Source: Natator depressus
Lineage: Eukaryota
Assembly (NCBI RefSeq): GCF_965152275.1
Contig: NC_134246.1
Span: 34,404,151-34,468,150, forward strand
Direction of reading: 5' to 3'
Length of the DNA: 64,000 bases
Shown: positions 47,901 to 58,646 of the stretch, one piece after another
Position numbering within the stretch: position 1 is the stretch's first letter
How the letters are laid out: the number at the start of each line of letters is the position of its first letter
Position numbers and translations under genes: made by a program
Notes under the pieces: generated by a model
What the model saw: the letters and a program-made list of their open reading frames with translations, nothing else
Database searches by the model: none
Told to the model about the DNA's origin: nothing

Positions 47901-49183
47901 TCTGCCCAGGATGAGGTGGCCAGAGGGAAGAAGGAAGCCCCCATAGCTGCCAAGTCACTGGGGGTCCCATATCCATCCTGATGGGGACACTGCCACACCC
48001 AGCACCCCCTTGGCCTGCAGGGAAGTGGGGCGGGAGGGGGGCCCCCCAGCTTTGGGGGCATTGAGTACATTCTGGGGGGGATGGGACCTACTGGGGACGG
48101 GAGCTGACACCAGGGGACAGGGGTGATGAGTAGGATTCAGCTCGCTGCTGCTTCATGGTGGGTTCATCTCTTAGGCCACTGTTCACCCCACTGATCTGTG
48201 CTCTGTCAGGCCTGCCCCCCAAGCCAGCCAGTCTTCTGCCCTGGGGCCACATCAGAGCTGGTGCTCTCTTGAGGGAACAGACCCCATGTCCCATTCCCTT
48301 CCTCCCTGAACCAGCCAGTCCCTGCCCTGGGGCCAGATGGGAGCCGGTACCCCTTAGAAGGGAAAGGCCTGTGCCCTGGCTCTGTTTAGGGACCAAAGCT
48401 GACCTTTATTTGGGTGGGAGAGCTGGAGGGGAGCAGCCCCTGCCCTGATCTCTCCCCCCCCACCCCAATGCCCGGGGGGAAGCTGCTCTGGGTTTGCTCT
48501 CTCACCCCCCCACCCCCCCGGCTGCTCTGGTTCTTTGCACATTCCTGCAGGGGAGCCAATGGGTAATGCCCCTGTCGCATGGGGGCCCTGAGCCTTCCCA
48601 GCATGCCTCTGAGCTCCCCCACGGGGCCACCCCTTCCCATCCAGCCCCTGCTCTGACTGGGCTGATCGCTGCAGCCTGGGGAGCAGAGCGCTGCCCCTAT
48701 TGCCGCATGTGGGGGGTGTGATCCTAACTCAACCCCCTCTCCCGCCCCCTAACTCCTCCCCTCCCCACACGGCCCTGCACCAGCTCCCTTGGCTGGGCCC
48801 TGCCTCCCCTGGTGTGGGGTTGGGGACCCCAGTGGGATGGGGCAGTGGGGTGGAAAGGACAGGGGGTGATCTGCCTGGAGGGTTGGTGATGAGGGGTGCC
48901 TGGTGCTGGCCTCCCACTCGGGGAGGGAGAACAGAACGTCTCCGGCCTCGGTTCTTCAGGGATCTTTGGGGAGCTGGGAAATAGGGTTCACCCCCTTTCC
49001 CAGGGCTCCCTGCTGTTCTGGCTTGTACATACTGACCACTCCCCTGTACATAGCTATTTAAATCCAGCCCCGGGCTTCTTCCCCCATTTCCCCTCTGCCC
49101 CCCACCCCGTGCAGTACTACTTTAATCTGGTGTGTCTGTCCTGGGGGAGGGCTGGCCCAACTGATGGATGCCCTCACAGTGTA

Positions 49184-49189
49184 AATAAA
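49184..49189 (+). other. Candidate PIP4P1 polyadenylation signal (AATAAA), implying a ~1.9-kb 3' UTR
   Basis: gtaaataaagagattccatatgg. It is the only AATAAA between the stop codon and the tail-to-tail APEX1 3' end. Confidence 0.4.
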
Positions 49190-50989
49190 GAGATTCCATA
49201 TGGCACCTGCCTGCCTGGCTCCATCGCTCTGCCCCATGGTGACCCTGGGGGGGAAGAGGGCTAGGTCTGGGGGTCCCATTGCCAGCTTGAGAGCCCACCA
49301 ACTCATTACACCACAGGGGCAACAACAGCCAGGGACAGCCACTGTGGTTAGAGCGGGGGGGCCCCATACTTCTGAGCCAGCCAGCCCGCACTGTGGGGCC
49401 TGACCTGAGCTGGTACCCCCTAGAGGGGAAAGGCCCTGTGTCCCATTCCCCTGCCCTGCCACAGGGCTGGATCGTGGCCGACACCCCCTAGAAGGGAAAG
49501 GCCCCGTGTCCCATTCCCCACCCCGAGCCAGCCAGTCCCCTGCCATGGGGCTAGCGCCCCCTAGATTGGCAGTGGTTGAAGGTATCTGAGGTTTCCAGCT
49601 AGGGGGCTGATTGGAGCTCAGTCCCCTGAGTGCTGGCAACCCCTAGAGCCTCCTGCTCCTGGCTTGGATGGGGATTTCTGGGAGGGGAGTGGGGTCTAGT
49701 AGTTACAGCAGGGGCCTGGGAGCCAGGACTCCTGGGATCTCTTCCAGCTCATGGGGGTGGGAGGGGCAGGGTGTGCAGCAAGAGTCCTGGGAGAGAAGCA
49801 TCCTGTAGACAGGCTGGTGTCTCCACCAGGCCAGGGCTGGATCCACCCCTTTGCTGGAGATGTGGGGGGCCCCCTGAGGGTGTCCCTCTGTAGGACCCCA
49901 ACTCCTCCTCAGCCTGCATATGGCTGAACCAGCTGCAGGTGGATTAAGGCACCCCCTGTCCATGCCTTCCTCCCTCCCCAGGAGCAGGAGGGCTCTGCTC
50001 ACCAAACCTCTCCTTCAGGCGTGGAGTTGGTTCCCCCAGAGCAGTGGGGCTGGGATGGAACACCCCACTGAGATGCATGGAACAGTTCCCCCTCTCCCAT
50101 CAATAGGTTCAGGCTCTCGGCAGAACCAGGTAATGTCAGTCATGCTCGTGGTTGCTCCCCCCATCACCCAGCAATGGGCTCAGGCTGTCGGCAGACCCAG
50201 GCAGCATCAGTCACACTCAGAGCAGCTCCCTCTTACCCAGCCATTATTTCTGTAACTGGAAGCTGAGTGTCTGCAGGGATCCCTCCGTTCTAGGCTGTGA
50301 TGTCCCAGGCAGGGCCTTCAGTCCAACTCTGCTTCCCCACAAAGCCCCCCTTCCCTTGCAGCTGCCTTCTGCGGGACCCCAGCTAGAAAGGCCAGTGGGC
50401 AGCATGAGGGTGACTGTCTCCCAGCTCTGCCTCACTCCCCCCCAGGGCGAGATGAAACACAGCATCTCCTTTCAAAGCCTTTAATCAATGCTCCTCACAG
50501 CTCCGTGCCCCCCTGCAAAGAATGGGGGGCTGGTTTAAAGGCAAGGCAGCAGCTTAGTTCTACAGGTAAAAAACAGTTCCTGGGGTGAGGAATTCTCTGG
50601 AGGCTAGGATGGGGGGAGGTTGGTATAAGGGGGGTTGCTTGGATGGCCCTCCAAGTTCAGGGGCCTCCTGGCCTCAGACTGGGGGTCACTGGGTGAGTTT
50701 GGGGGTTCAGGGCTGAATTTGGGAGGCTCATGGTCTTTCAGATGGGGAGGGATCTGCTGATATTCTGGGATTTACTGCACCAGGGCCCACAAGTTGGGGG
50801 GTTGAATCAGGTCTCATTTTGGGGGGAAGTCACCCATGATCTTGGGGGCGGGGGCTTTCCCTCTACTCCACCTGGCCTCACAGGGACGTATAGGGGCACG
50901 TGAGTCCAATCCCTTCTTGCTCACAAAGCCATAGAAGTGTACGTGCCACCCTGCTCACAGGACTAGAGAAAGAGGGTGCAGGGCCACAT

Positions 50990-51240
50990 ACGGCCATATG
51001 GATCCCCCACCTCACGCAGGGCCATAGAGAGGTGTATGGGCCCACTCCCACAGCTATAGAGGGGGTGTTGAGCCCATACCTAGCTGTATGGCCCCAACCC
51101 CCCGTCATACGGCCATACAGGGGTGTCAGAGCCATAGCAGGCTGTATGGCCCACCCCCCTCCTGCCCTGTTCCCAGGACCATACAGGGGTGTTGGGACCA
51201 TATCAGGCTGCTCACAGGGCCATGTAGAGGGTGACGGGGC
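50990..51240. repeat. ~45-bp minisatellite, ~6 units (ggccatacaggggtgt..gagccata.caggctgtatggccc) immediately 3' of APEX1. Its last unit overlaps the final codons and stop
   Basis: The unit ggccatgtagagggtgac is the reverse complement of GTCACCCTCTACATGGCC (VTLYMA). The upstream units are diverged copies of it. Confidence 0.7.
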
Positions 51241-51726
51241 AGTGGTCACTGCCCATGGCCTGGGAGCGGATCTTGCTGTCGCACAGCGCCCCCAGCAGGC
51301 GCATTGAGACCAGGAAGTAGTCGAGGCGCCAGCCCACGTTCTTGGCGCGGGCATTCATCATGTAGGTCCAGAAGGTGTAGGCATGGGGCGTGTCAGGATA
51401 GAGGTGGCGGAAGGTGTCAGTGAAGCCGGCTGCCAGCAGCTCCCCAAAGCCCTGGCGCTCCTCGGGCGTGAAGCCTGCCGATTTCTTGTTGCCCTTGGGG
51501 TTCTTCAGGTCGATCTCGGCGTGGGCCACGTTGAGATCCCCGCAGAGCACCAGGGGCTTGCGAGCATCCAGCCCCTGCAGATAAGCCCGGAAGGCGGCAT
51601 CCCAGCGCTGGCGGTACTCCAGCCTCACCAGCCCCCGGCCCGCGTTGGGCACGTAGGCCGTCACCAGGAAGTGCGAGGGGAACTCGGCCGTGATCACACG
51701 ACCCTCCTGGTCGTGCTCCTCCTCGC
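51212..51726 (-). CDS. APEX1: APEX1 exon 5 (last: [41 protein letters not shown]...[13 protein letters not shown])
   Basis: ORF 51212..51808. Acceptor ctcccggcag|GCGAGG on the minus strand. The active-site block [14 protein letters not shown] and the C-terminal DHCPITL-type motif match human APE1. Confidence 0.9.
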
Positions 51727-51969
51727 CTGCCGGGAGACAAGGGGCTTGCATCAGAGGCCAAAGGGGAGAGGCCCTGGGCATAGGGGGCATGGCAAGGGAA
51801 AGGGACAAGGGGAAAGGCCAGAGGGCCTGTCCGAGGCTGTAGGTGGCACAGAGAGGGATTGGCAGGCAGTGGGCAAAGAGGGGTCTGCAGGCAGAGGTTG
51901 GTAGGGGGTATGGTGAGCAGGGAGCATGGGCTCAGCAGGCAGAGGCTGGGGGGTGGGGCAGGTCCCTAC

Positions 51970-52162
51970 CAATGCCGTAGGTGATGCTGAGCGGTTCTCT
52001 CTTGCAGAGCAGAGCCACCCCGCTGTAGCCCTCCTTGGTGCCGGCGCAGGCCCAGTACTTGTGGGGATACTCGGGCATCTCCCGCATCTCGGGGGGCAGC
52101 AGCTTCTCTGCACACTTGGTCTCCTGCAGGCACAGTACGTCGGGGTCCTCCTCACGCACCCA
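51970..52162 (-). CDS. APEX1: APEX1 exon 4 (WVREEDPDVLCLQETKCAEKLLPPEMREMPEYPHKYWACAGTKEGYSGVALLCKREPLSITYGI-G)
   Basis: ORF 51932..52159. Acceptor cctgcag|TGGGTG, donor ATTG|gtaggg. Confidence 0.9.
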
Positions 52163-54536
52163 CTGCAGGGGGAAAGCAGGGTCAGCGGGGCTGGGAGCCT
52201 TTCTCTGGGAACCTCATAGGATGAGGAAGGAACCCAGGTTTCCTGCCCCCCAACTCCACCCCACTTCCCTCCGGCTCATCCCCTCCCTCGGAGCACCTGT
52301 GTCCTCCCTGCCCCTGGCCGTGGATTTCTGGTGCTGGTTGCTGGGGACCAGCTGGACCAGCGACAGCACTTTCAGGCCAGTAAAACTGCTTCCACACTAC
52401 GGACAGTCACAGATCCAAGGCCAGAAGGGACCAGTGGGATCATTTCGTCCAACTGCTTGGATAGCACAGGCTGGCGAACCGCCCCGCAACAATTCCTAGC
52501 GCAGAGCTGTTCAAAATTGCCAGGGATGGAGAATCCACCACGACCCTTGGCACATTGTTCCAATTAGTCACCTTCATTATTGTACCCCTTATTTGTACCC
52601 CTTATTTCCAGGCTGCATCTGTCTAGCTTCAATTCCCAGAAGTAAAATAACCTCTCTGCACCTACTCCAGATTTGCCTGTTTCTTCATCCCGGAGTCGTA
52701 TGACTCCAGCGGGCCCCAGCAATGCCCTATGAGCTCCTACCCAGCTGCTTATCCACCCTCATCCCAACCCCCAAATCTTTTTCAGACTTCAGACCCATTT
52801 GAACGATCCCACTGGAACCAAACTGGGTACAAATCCAGCTGTGGACCAGGCTCGAGGGAATCAGCCATTCATGAACCCAAGTTAACTGCTTCAGTTTTTT
52901 ACAGCCGCATCATTTTCCCCCTGTCCAGCGGGATTTGGGGGATGACGAATGTCAATTTTGAGTTAAAATTTCATTCTGGGTTACGAAAAGCAAACATGTT
53001 TGGAAATTTAGGACACCCCCATGCTCCAATCCCCATTTACCAGCCAGGAAATGTAACAGAGGCAGGATGCCTAGGATTCAAATTGCCTGTTTTTCCCCTA
53101 TTCTAGGATGTCTCCAAGAGTCTCTAATTTGGAGAAGACTTAGTGAGTGCCCAAGGGACCTAGGAGTCTGGGGCAGCAGAGCGGGAAGGTCCACTAAGAA
53201 GCTGTGCGTCTCTGGCATTAGGTGACTTTTCCAACACAAGCCAACGTTCCCACAGCCCAGCCGTTGTTCACTGCGCTCAACTTGGAGGCACAAAGCAGGA
53301 GAGGAAAATGGAATAAATCTAAAAATCCAAAATTTCTAGATTTGCAAAAAAATCCTGAAGTAGTGAATGTGGGAATCCAAACTCCAGGTGGAAAATCTGA
53401 CCCATGAAATACACTGCGAAATCCCCCGCAACCTGGAAGATTTTTTCTGCAGGGAAAAAATCCCAATCCCTAACTCGGCTAGTGCACTTCTCAGCACTTT
53501 TCAGCAGAGCTCAAAGCCCCTTCCAAAGGAGGTCAGGATCCTTATCCCCACTGCATAGGTGGGGAAACAGGCATGGGGAGGGGAAGGGACTAGCCCAAGG
53601 TCACCCAGCAGGTCAATAGCAGAGCCAGGGAGAGAACCCAGAAGTCCTGGCTCCCAGCCCCACTGCTCTAACCCACTAGATCCCACTCCACTCCCCTCAC
53701 CTAGCTGGGATAGAACCCAGGAGTCCTGGCTCCCAGCCCCCTCTGCTGTAAGATCTCTAGCTGTAATCACAAGGCCACACTGCAGCCTCTGCAGGGCAGG
53801 GCCGTCCTTACCCATATGCAAATTTCCTGGTGCCTTACGCAGCTGTGTGCTGCTCCAGTGGCAGCCCGTGCCAGCCAGGAAAGCTGCCCATGCCCCTGCT
53901 CTGCCTCTTCCCCATGGCCCCCGCCCCTGCTCTGCACCAGCACCACCCCCACTCCACCCCTTCCCCTGAGCAACATCCCGGGGGACTGCAGCAGGGGTCA
54001 GGTACACCCTGCATTCATGGGGTAGCAGGAAGTGGAGCGACCCGGCCACAGCTCGCTCTGCATCGCTGGTGTGTTCTGGGGGGCAGTTCCCCCCTGCCCC
54101 CTCAAGTCCCCAAGGCTAGGAACCAGGGGAGCAGAGCGGAGCGGGCTGGGGCTGGGTCACTCCACTTCCCGCTGCCCCTGGAGTGCGGGGTCGGGCCTTC
54201 CCTGCACTCACCGGGCGGCAGGAAGTGGAGCAACCCATCTGCAACCCACTCCGCCGGCTCATGCTGGGGGGCCGTTTCCCCCCTGCCCCCCAAGCCTGCT
54301 CCTTCCCCCCCGCGGAGGCCTGGGGCCAGCCCCTCCCCCCGTGGGGGGGGGCTGTGTAGGGCACCAAAATGTCTAGGGACAGCTCTGCTGCAGGGGCAGG
54401 GGTGGCCTTAGCCCCTGGCACCCTGTTACTACCAGGTGTAGACCAGGGCCCCAACGCGGGTGGTCCAAACTGGGGAGGAGCTGCCTAGCCCAGCGAGGAC
54501 TGGCAGAGCTCAGCGCCCTGAGAGAGCTGCTCCTAC

Positions 54537-54724
54537 CTCCAGGCCCTTCTTCTTGACCCAGGCCCGGAGCCCATCCACGTTCCACGATGTGACCTTCAGG
54601 GTGTACTTCTGCCCACCGGGAGAGATGAGCTTGTCGGGCGGATCCTGGTACAGGATGGGGCCCTCCGCCACCTTCTCCTTGGGGCCCTTCGCTGCCCCCT
54701 TCTTGCTCTTCTTTGCCCCAGGCT
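54537..54724 (-). CDS. APEX1: APEX1 exon 3 ([63 protein letters not shown])
   Basis: Acceptor ctccccag|AGCCTGG, donor CTGGAG|gtaggagc. Matches human APE1 residues ~20-83, including the lysine-rich NLS/redox N-terminus. Confidence 0.85.
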
Positions 54725-55005
54725 CTGGGGAGCAGAAGAGAGAAGGAAAGCTGGGACGTGGTGCTGAGCAGCCGGGGGGGTGCCAAGAACATAAGGACGT
54801 AAGAATGGCCCTAGTGGGTCAGACCAAAGGTCCATCCAGCCCTCCTAGCATCATACACAAGGAATGATGGGGGATTGCCATTCCGCACGGACTGGAGCGG
54901 GGCTCAGAAGGGGGCACCGTGCCGCGAGGAGTGCAGTGGGGAACACAAGCGGGCACCAGGGAGCAGGGAGGGGTCGCTGTGCCACAGGGAGTGGGCCGCG
55001 GTTAC

Positions 55006-55066
55006 CTGTGGCCTCGAACTCGTCCGTGCTGTCCACATCCTCTGCCTTCTTCCCCCGTTTGGGCAT
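55006..55066 (-). CDS. APEX1: APEX1 exon 2, coding part (MPKRGKKAEDVDSTDEFEAT-). The exon probably extends to 55091 as 5' UTR
   Basis: ATG at 55066-55064 on the minus strand. MPKRGKK is the canonical APE1 start. Donor CACAG|gtaaccgc, candidate acceptor gctcctcag|CACAGG at 55091. Confidence 0.8.
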
Positions 55067-55239
55067 CTCACTCCACCAGCTGGGCCCTGTGCTGAGGAGC
55101 CGACACTGCCAAGCTGCGAGCCGCAGGATCCTGAGGGCAGCGTGTGGGGGGGAGAGGAATGGGCACAAGGCAATCAGCACCAGGGGCACAGGCCATGGAC
55201 CCAGCAGTCCAGAGAACCAGGGAGGACAGGCCAAAAGCC

Positions 55240-55640
55240 CATTCCTGCTCCCCAGCCAATCACAAACCTTCTTGCATTATAGTCTCCCCAAACCCTGGCC
55301 AATTACAGAGCTCCTTGCACAATAAACCCCCTGCTCCCCGGCCAATCCCAATCGCAGTCCTCCTTGCACAATAAACACCCATCTCCCCTGCCAATTAACA
55401 CCCACCCCCCTGGCCAATCATAGCCCTCCTAGCATGATACACACCCACCCGCTCCCGGGCCAATCACAGAGCTCCTCGTACAATAAACTCCCTGTTCTCT
55501 GGCCAATAGCAGCCCTTCTTCCACACCAAACACCCACCCACTCCATAGACAATCACAGAGCTCCTGGCACAATAAACAACCAACCTCCCCGGCCAATAAA
55601 CACCCACCTCCCTGGCCAATCGCAGCCCTCCAGCGCAAGA
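55240..55640. repeat. ~60-bp tandem repeat, ~7 units, each carrying a GGCCAAT (CCAAT box) and CAATAAAC (ccccggccaataaacacccacctccctggccaatcacagagctcctggcacaataaac), inside APEX1 intron 1 and 400-800 bp upstream of the OSGEP start
   Basis: Seen in sequence. CCAAT boxes at ~55247, 55300, 55334, 55399, 55449, 55500, 55583, 55612. Confidence 0.8.
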
Positions 55641-55659
55641 ACCCCGCCCCCTCTCTCAC

Positions 55660-55730
55660 CGTCCGGCTCCCGGCCACTCAGGACCCGCTCCGAGCCCCGC
55701 GCGCCCCACAACCCGTCCGAGGACAAAGCG
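55660..55730 (-). other. APEX1: APEX1 non-coding exon 1 (5' UTR), predicted from the donor CGGACG|gtgagag
   Basis: Human APEX1 has a non-coding first exon. The donor lies directly downstream of the E-box/GC-box promoter. The TSS is not determinable from sequence. Confidence 0.4.
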
Positions 55731-56030
55731 CCGTAGGTTCCGAGGGGCACACGTGCGGGCGCGGTCACGTGCCGGGGAAAGGGCGGGGCTAGAGCGCTGC
55801 GCTGTCACGTGCTGGAGCCCTGGGGCTGCGGCGGACTGTGGGGAGCGGACGGCCGTGGGCGGGACTCCCGTGTCACGTGAGGCGGGAGCGGCCAGGAACT
55901 CCGGTGTCACGCGGGGCGGGAAGGAGAGTGGTCATCGCGCTCCGGTGTCACGTGGGGTGAGAGGGGCGGGGCTGCGTTGTGACTTAGCAGCGCGAGGACG
56001 CCGGGCTGCATGCGCCGCGCCGGACCCGCC
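55731..56030. promoter_or_regulatory. APEX1/OSGEP bidirectional promoter: array of 4 GTCACGTG E-boxes plus ACGTG and GTCACGCG variants at ~35-70-bp spacing, with GC boxes (GGGCGGGG)
   Basis: cacgtg at 55766, 55806, 55874 and 55949. acgtg at 55752. gtcacgcg at 55906. gggcgggg at 55781, 55857, 55913 and 55964. Confidence 0.6.
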
Positions 56031-56151
56031 ATGCCCGCGGTGACGGTGCTGGGGCTGGAAGGCAGCGCCAACAAGGTGGGGACGGGGCTGGTGCGGGACG
56101 GGCAGGTGCTGAGCAACCCCCGCCGGACCTTCGTGCCCGCGCCGGGCCAGG
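56031..56151 (+). CDS. OSGEP: OSGEP exon 1 ([41 protein letters not shown])
   Basis: Matches the human OSGEP N-terminus [39 protein letters not shown]. Donor CAGG|gtgagccgg. An in-frame upstream ATG at 56010 is less likely. Confidence 0.85.
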
Positions 56152-57760
56152 GTGAGCCGGGGCCTCCCCGTCCTTACCCGTCCCCCCCCCGGCCCCCCCT
56201 TTCCTTACCCATCCCCCCCCGCGCCCCTCCCCTGCCCCGGGCCCTCCCGTCCTTACGCATCCCCCCCCACGCGCCCCTCCCCCTCCCCGGGCCCCCCTGT
56301 CCTTACCCATCCCCCCCGTGTCCCTCCCCTGCCCCGGCCCCCCCCCCGTCCTTACCCATCCCCCCCCCGTGTCCCTCCCCTGCCCCGGCCCCCCCCCCGT
56401 CCTTACCCATCCCCCCCCCGTGTCCCTCCCCCACCCAGGGACCCAGCCCCCCCATCCTTACCCATCCCCCTCCCCCACCCTGGGACACCCCCCCCAGGCC
56501 TCCCCGTCCTTACCCCTCCCTCCCCTGGGACCCTTCCCTCCCCCGTCCCCGGGCCTCCCCGTCCTTTCCCATCTCCATCTTCCCTCCGTCTGCCCCCCAG
56601 GCCCCATACACATAGACAGACACACACACACACAGCCGGGCCTCCCTGTCCTTACCCATCTGCCCCCCATCCCTCCTGCGCCCCTACCCTGCTCTGGGAC
56701 CTTTCCCCCCCACAGGCCTCCCCATCCTTACCCATTCCCATCCTCCCTCTGTCTGCCCCCTATCCCCCCTGCGCCCCACCCCGAGACACTCCCCCCCCCT
56801 TCTCCCCGGGCCTCCCTGTCCTTAGCGGTCCTACCGTGCCCTGGGACACCCCCCGCCCCTCCGGGGCCTCCCCATCCTTACCCATTCCCCGTCCGCCCAC
56901 CAGCCCTGACACACACCCCCACACCCCGGGCCTCCATGTCCTTACCCATCCACCCCCCATCCCTCCTGTGCCCCTACCCTGCTCCGGGACACCCCCCCAC
57001 CCCCCACGGGCCTCCCCATCCTCCCTCCGTCTGCCCCCTATCCCCCCTGCGCCCCCACCCCGAGACACTCCCCGTTCTTACCGGTCCTACCCTGCCCTGG
57101 GACACACCCCCCCCCCCCGGGGCCTCCCCGTCCTTACCCATCCCCATCGCTCCTCTGTCCGCCCCACTGCTCCAATACACACGCACCCGGGCCTCCCCTA
57201 GGAGCTCCCCGTTGCGAGCCTCCCCAGAACCCCTGCTGGGACCCCCAGTCCTTTACCCATCCTCTCTCCGTCCGCCCCGCCCCAGGACCCCCAACCTCTC
57301 CCCTGATCCCCATCCCTCCTGCGCCCCCCCTGGGGCCTCCCCATCCCGGGCCTCCCCAGGACTTCCGCTGGGACCCCCCCCCCATCCTTACTCATTTCTT
57401 CCTCCATCCGCCTCCCCAGGACCCTGCCTGGGTCTCCCAATCCTGAGCCGCTCTGGGACTCTCGCTGGGACCCCCCCCATCCTTACCCATCCACCCACTG
57501 TCCACCCCGGGACCCCCCAACCTCCGCCCCGATCCCCATTCCCCCTGCGCCCCTACCCTGCCCTGGGACCCCCCACTGGCCTCCCCATCACGAGCCTCCC
57601 CGGGACCCCTGCTGGGACCCCCTTCATCCCCATCCCCATCCCCACCCCGCCTGGGCCTCCCCATCCCGAGCCTCTCAGGGACCCCCGCTAGGACCCCTCC
57701 CTTTCCTTACCCATCTTCCCACCGTCCACCCTCCTGCCCCGGGACCCCCCCCCCAACCTC
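56150..57760. repeat. 1.6-kb C-rich minisatellite (ccgtccttacccatcccccccccgtgtccctcccctgccccggccccccc, ~60-bp unit, ~25 units) filling most of OSGEP intron 1
   Basis: Seen in sequence. It is the source of the 457-aa and 349-aa proline-rich ORFs at 56318..57691 and 56152..57201 and of the G-rich ORFs on the minus strand. A C(21) run lies at 57960-57980. Confidence 0.9.
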
Positions 57761-58025
57761 CCCCCTGGGCTCTCTCTCCTCCTTGAATCTGGCCTCCCAT
57801 TCAACCCCCTCCCCGTGACAGACACCCCACTCCAGGCCAGGGTGAATCCAGGCTTCCTGACCCCCCCATATCCCCCTTCCCCATTGCTCTGGGGCAGGAT
57901 GAGTCTGGTTCTCTTCTCCAGGCTCCTCCATCTGATCCCTTTTATTCCCCCCATCCAGCCCCCCCCCCCCCCCCCCCATTTGGTCCCTGACAGCTCCACC
58001 CCTTGACGCTGTCTCTCTGGGGCAG

Positions 58026-58145
58026 GGTTCCTGCCGGGGCAGACAGCGAGGCACCACCAGGGCTGTGTGCTGGCCCTGTTGCAGGAAGCTCTGCAGGAGG
58101 CAGGGCTGGAGTCTGCAGATGTGGACTGTGTGGCCTACACCAAGG
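58026..58145 (+). CDS. OSGEP: OSGEP exon 2 ([41 protein letters not shown])
   Basis: Acceptor ctggggcag|GGTTCC, donor AAGG|gtgagtg. Confidence 0.85.
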
Positions 58146-58272
58146 GTGAGTGTGGGTGGGGCAGGGCCTGTGCCCAGGGTGAGTGGGGGTGTGGGTGGAT
58201 GCCCAGGGTGAGTGGGGGTGTGTGTGGGTGGCTCCCCGAGGGCCCCGTGCTGACCCAGTGCTCTCCCTGCAG

Positions 58273-58448
58273 GCCCCGGCATGGGTGCCCCACTGGTGAC
58301 TGTGGCCGTGGTGGCCCGGACATTGGCCCAGCTCTGGAACAAGCCCCTGCTGGGCGTCAATCACTGTGTGGGCCACATTGAGATGGGCCGGCTGATCACA
58401 GGCGCCCAGAACCCCACAGTGCTGTATGTCAGCGGGGGCAACACCCAG
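58273..58448 (+). CDS. OSGEP: OSGEP exon 3 ([58 protein letters not shown])
   Basis: ORF 58281..58733. The HCVGH metal-binding motif is conserved. Acceptor tccctgcag|GCCCC, donor CAG|gtaggg. Confidence 0.9.
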
Positions 58449-58550
58449 GTAGGGCTGGCGCTCCCCCTCCCCGCCCAGCGCTACACTGGTCCCTCACCCG
58501 GGAGATCCCAGCAGCCCTGCACATCCCACCGCTCTGCTCCTCTCACCCAG

Positions 58551-58646
58551 GTCATCGCATACTCGGAGCGCCGGTATCGCATCTTCGGGGAGACCATCGA
58601 CATCGCCGTGGGCAACTGCCTGGACCGCTTCGCCCGTGTGCTGAAG
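58551..58646 (+). CDS. OSGEP: OSGEP exon 4 ([32 protein letters not shown])
   Basis: Acceptor tctcacccag|GTC, donor AAG|gtgaga. Confidence 0.9.

Noticed and set aside
56010-56030. Upstream in-frame ATG ([11 protein letters not shown]...) as the OSGEP start
   Set aside because: The conserved KEOPS/OSGEP N-terminus starts at MPAV (56031), which has the better Kozak context. The upstream ATG is probably in the 5' UTR. I cannot exclude it without transcript data.
56152-57691. Very long ORFs (457 aa, 349 aa, 201 aa) encoding proline-rich low-complexity protein
   Set aside because: They lie wholly inside the 60-bp C-rich minisatellite of OSGEP intron 1. The periodic sequence has no codon-usage signal and no splice context. 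They are repeat-translation artefacts.
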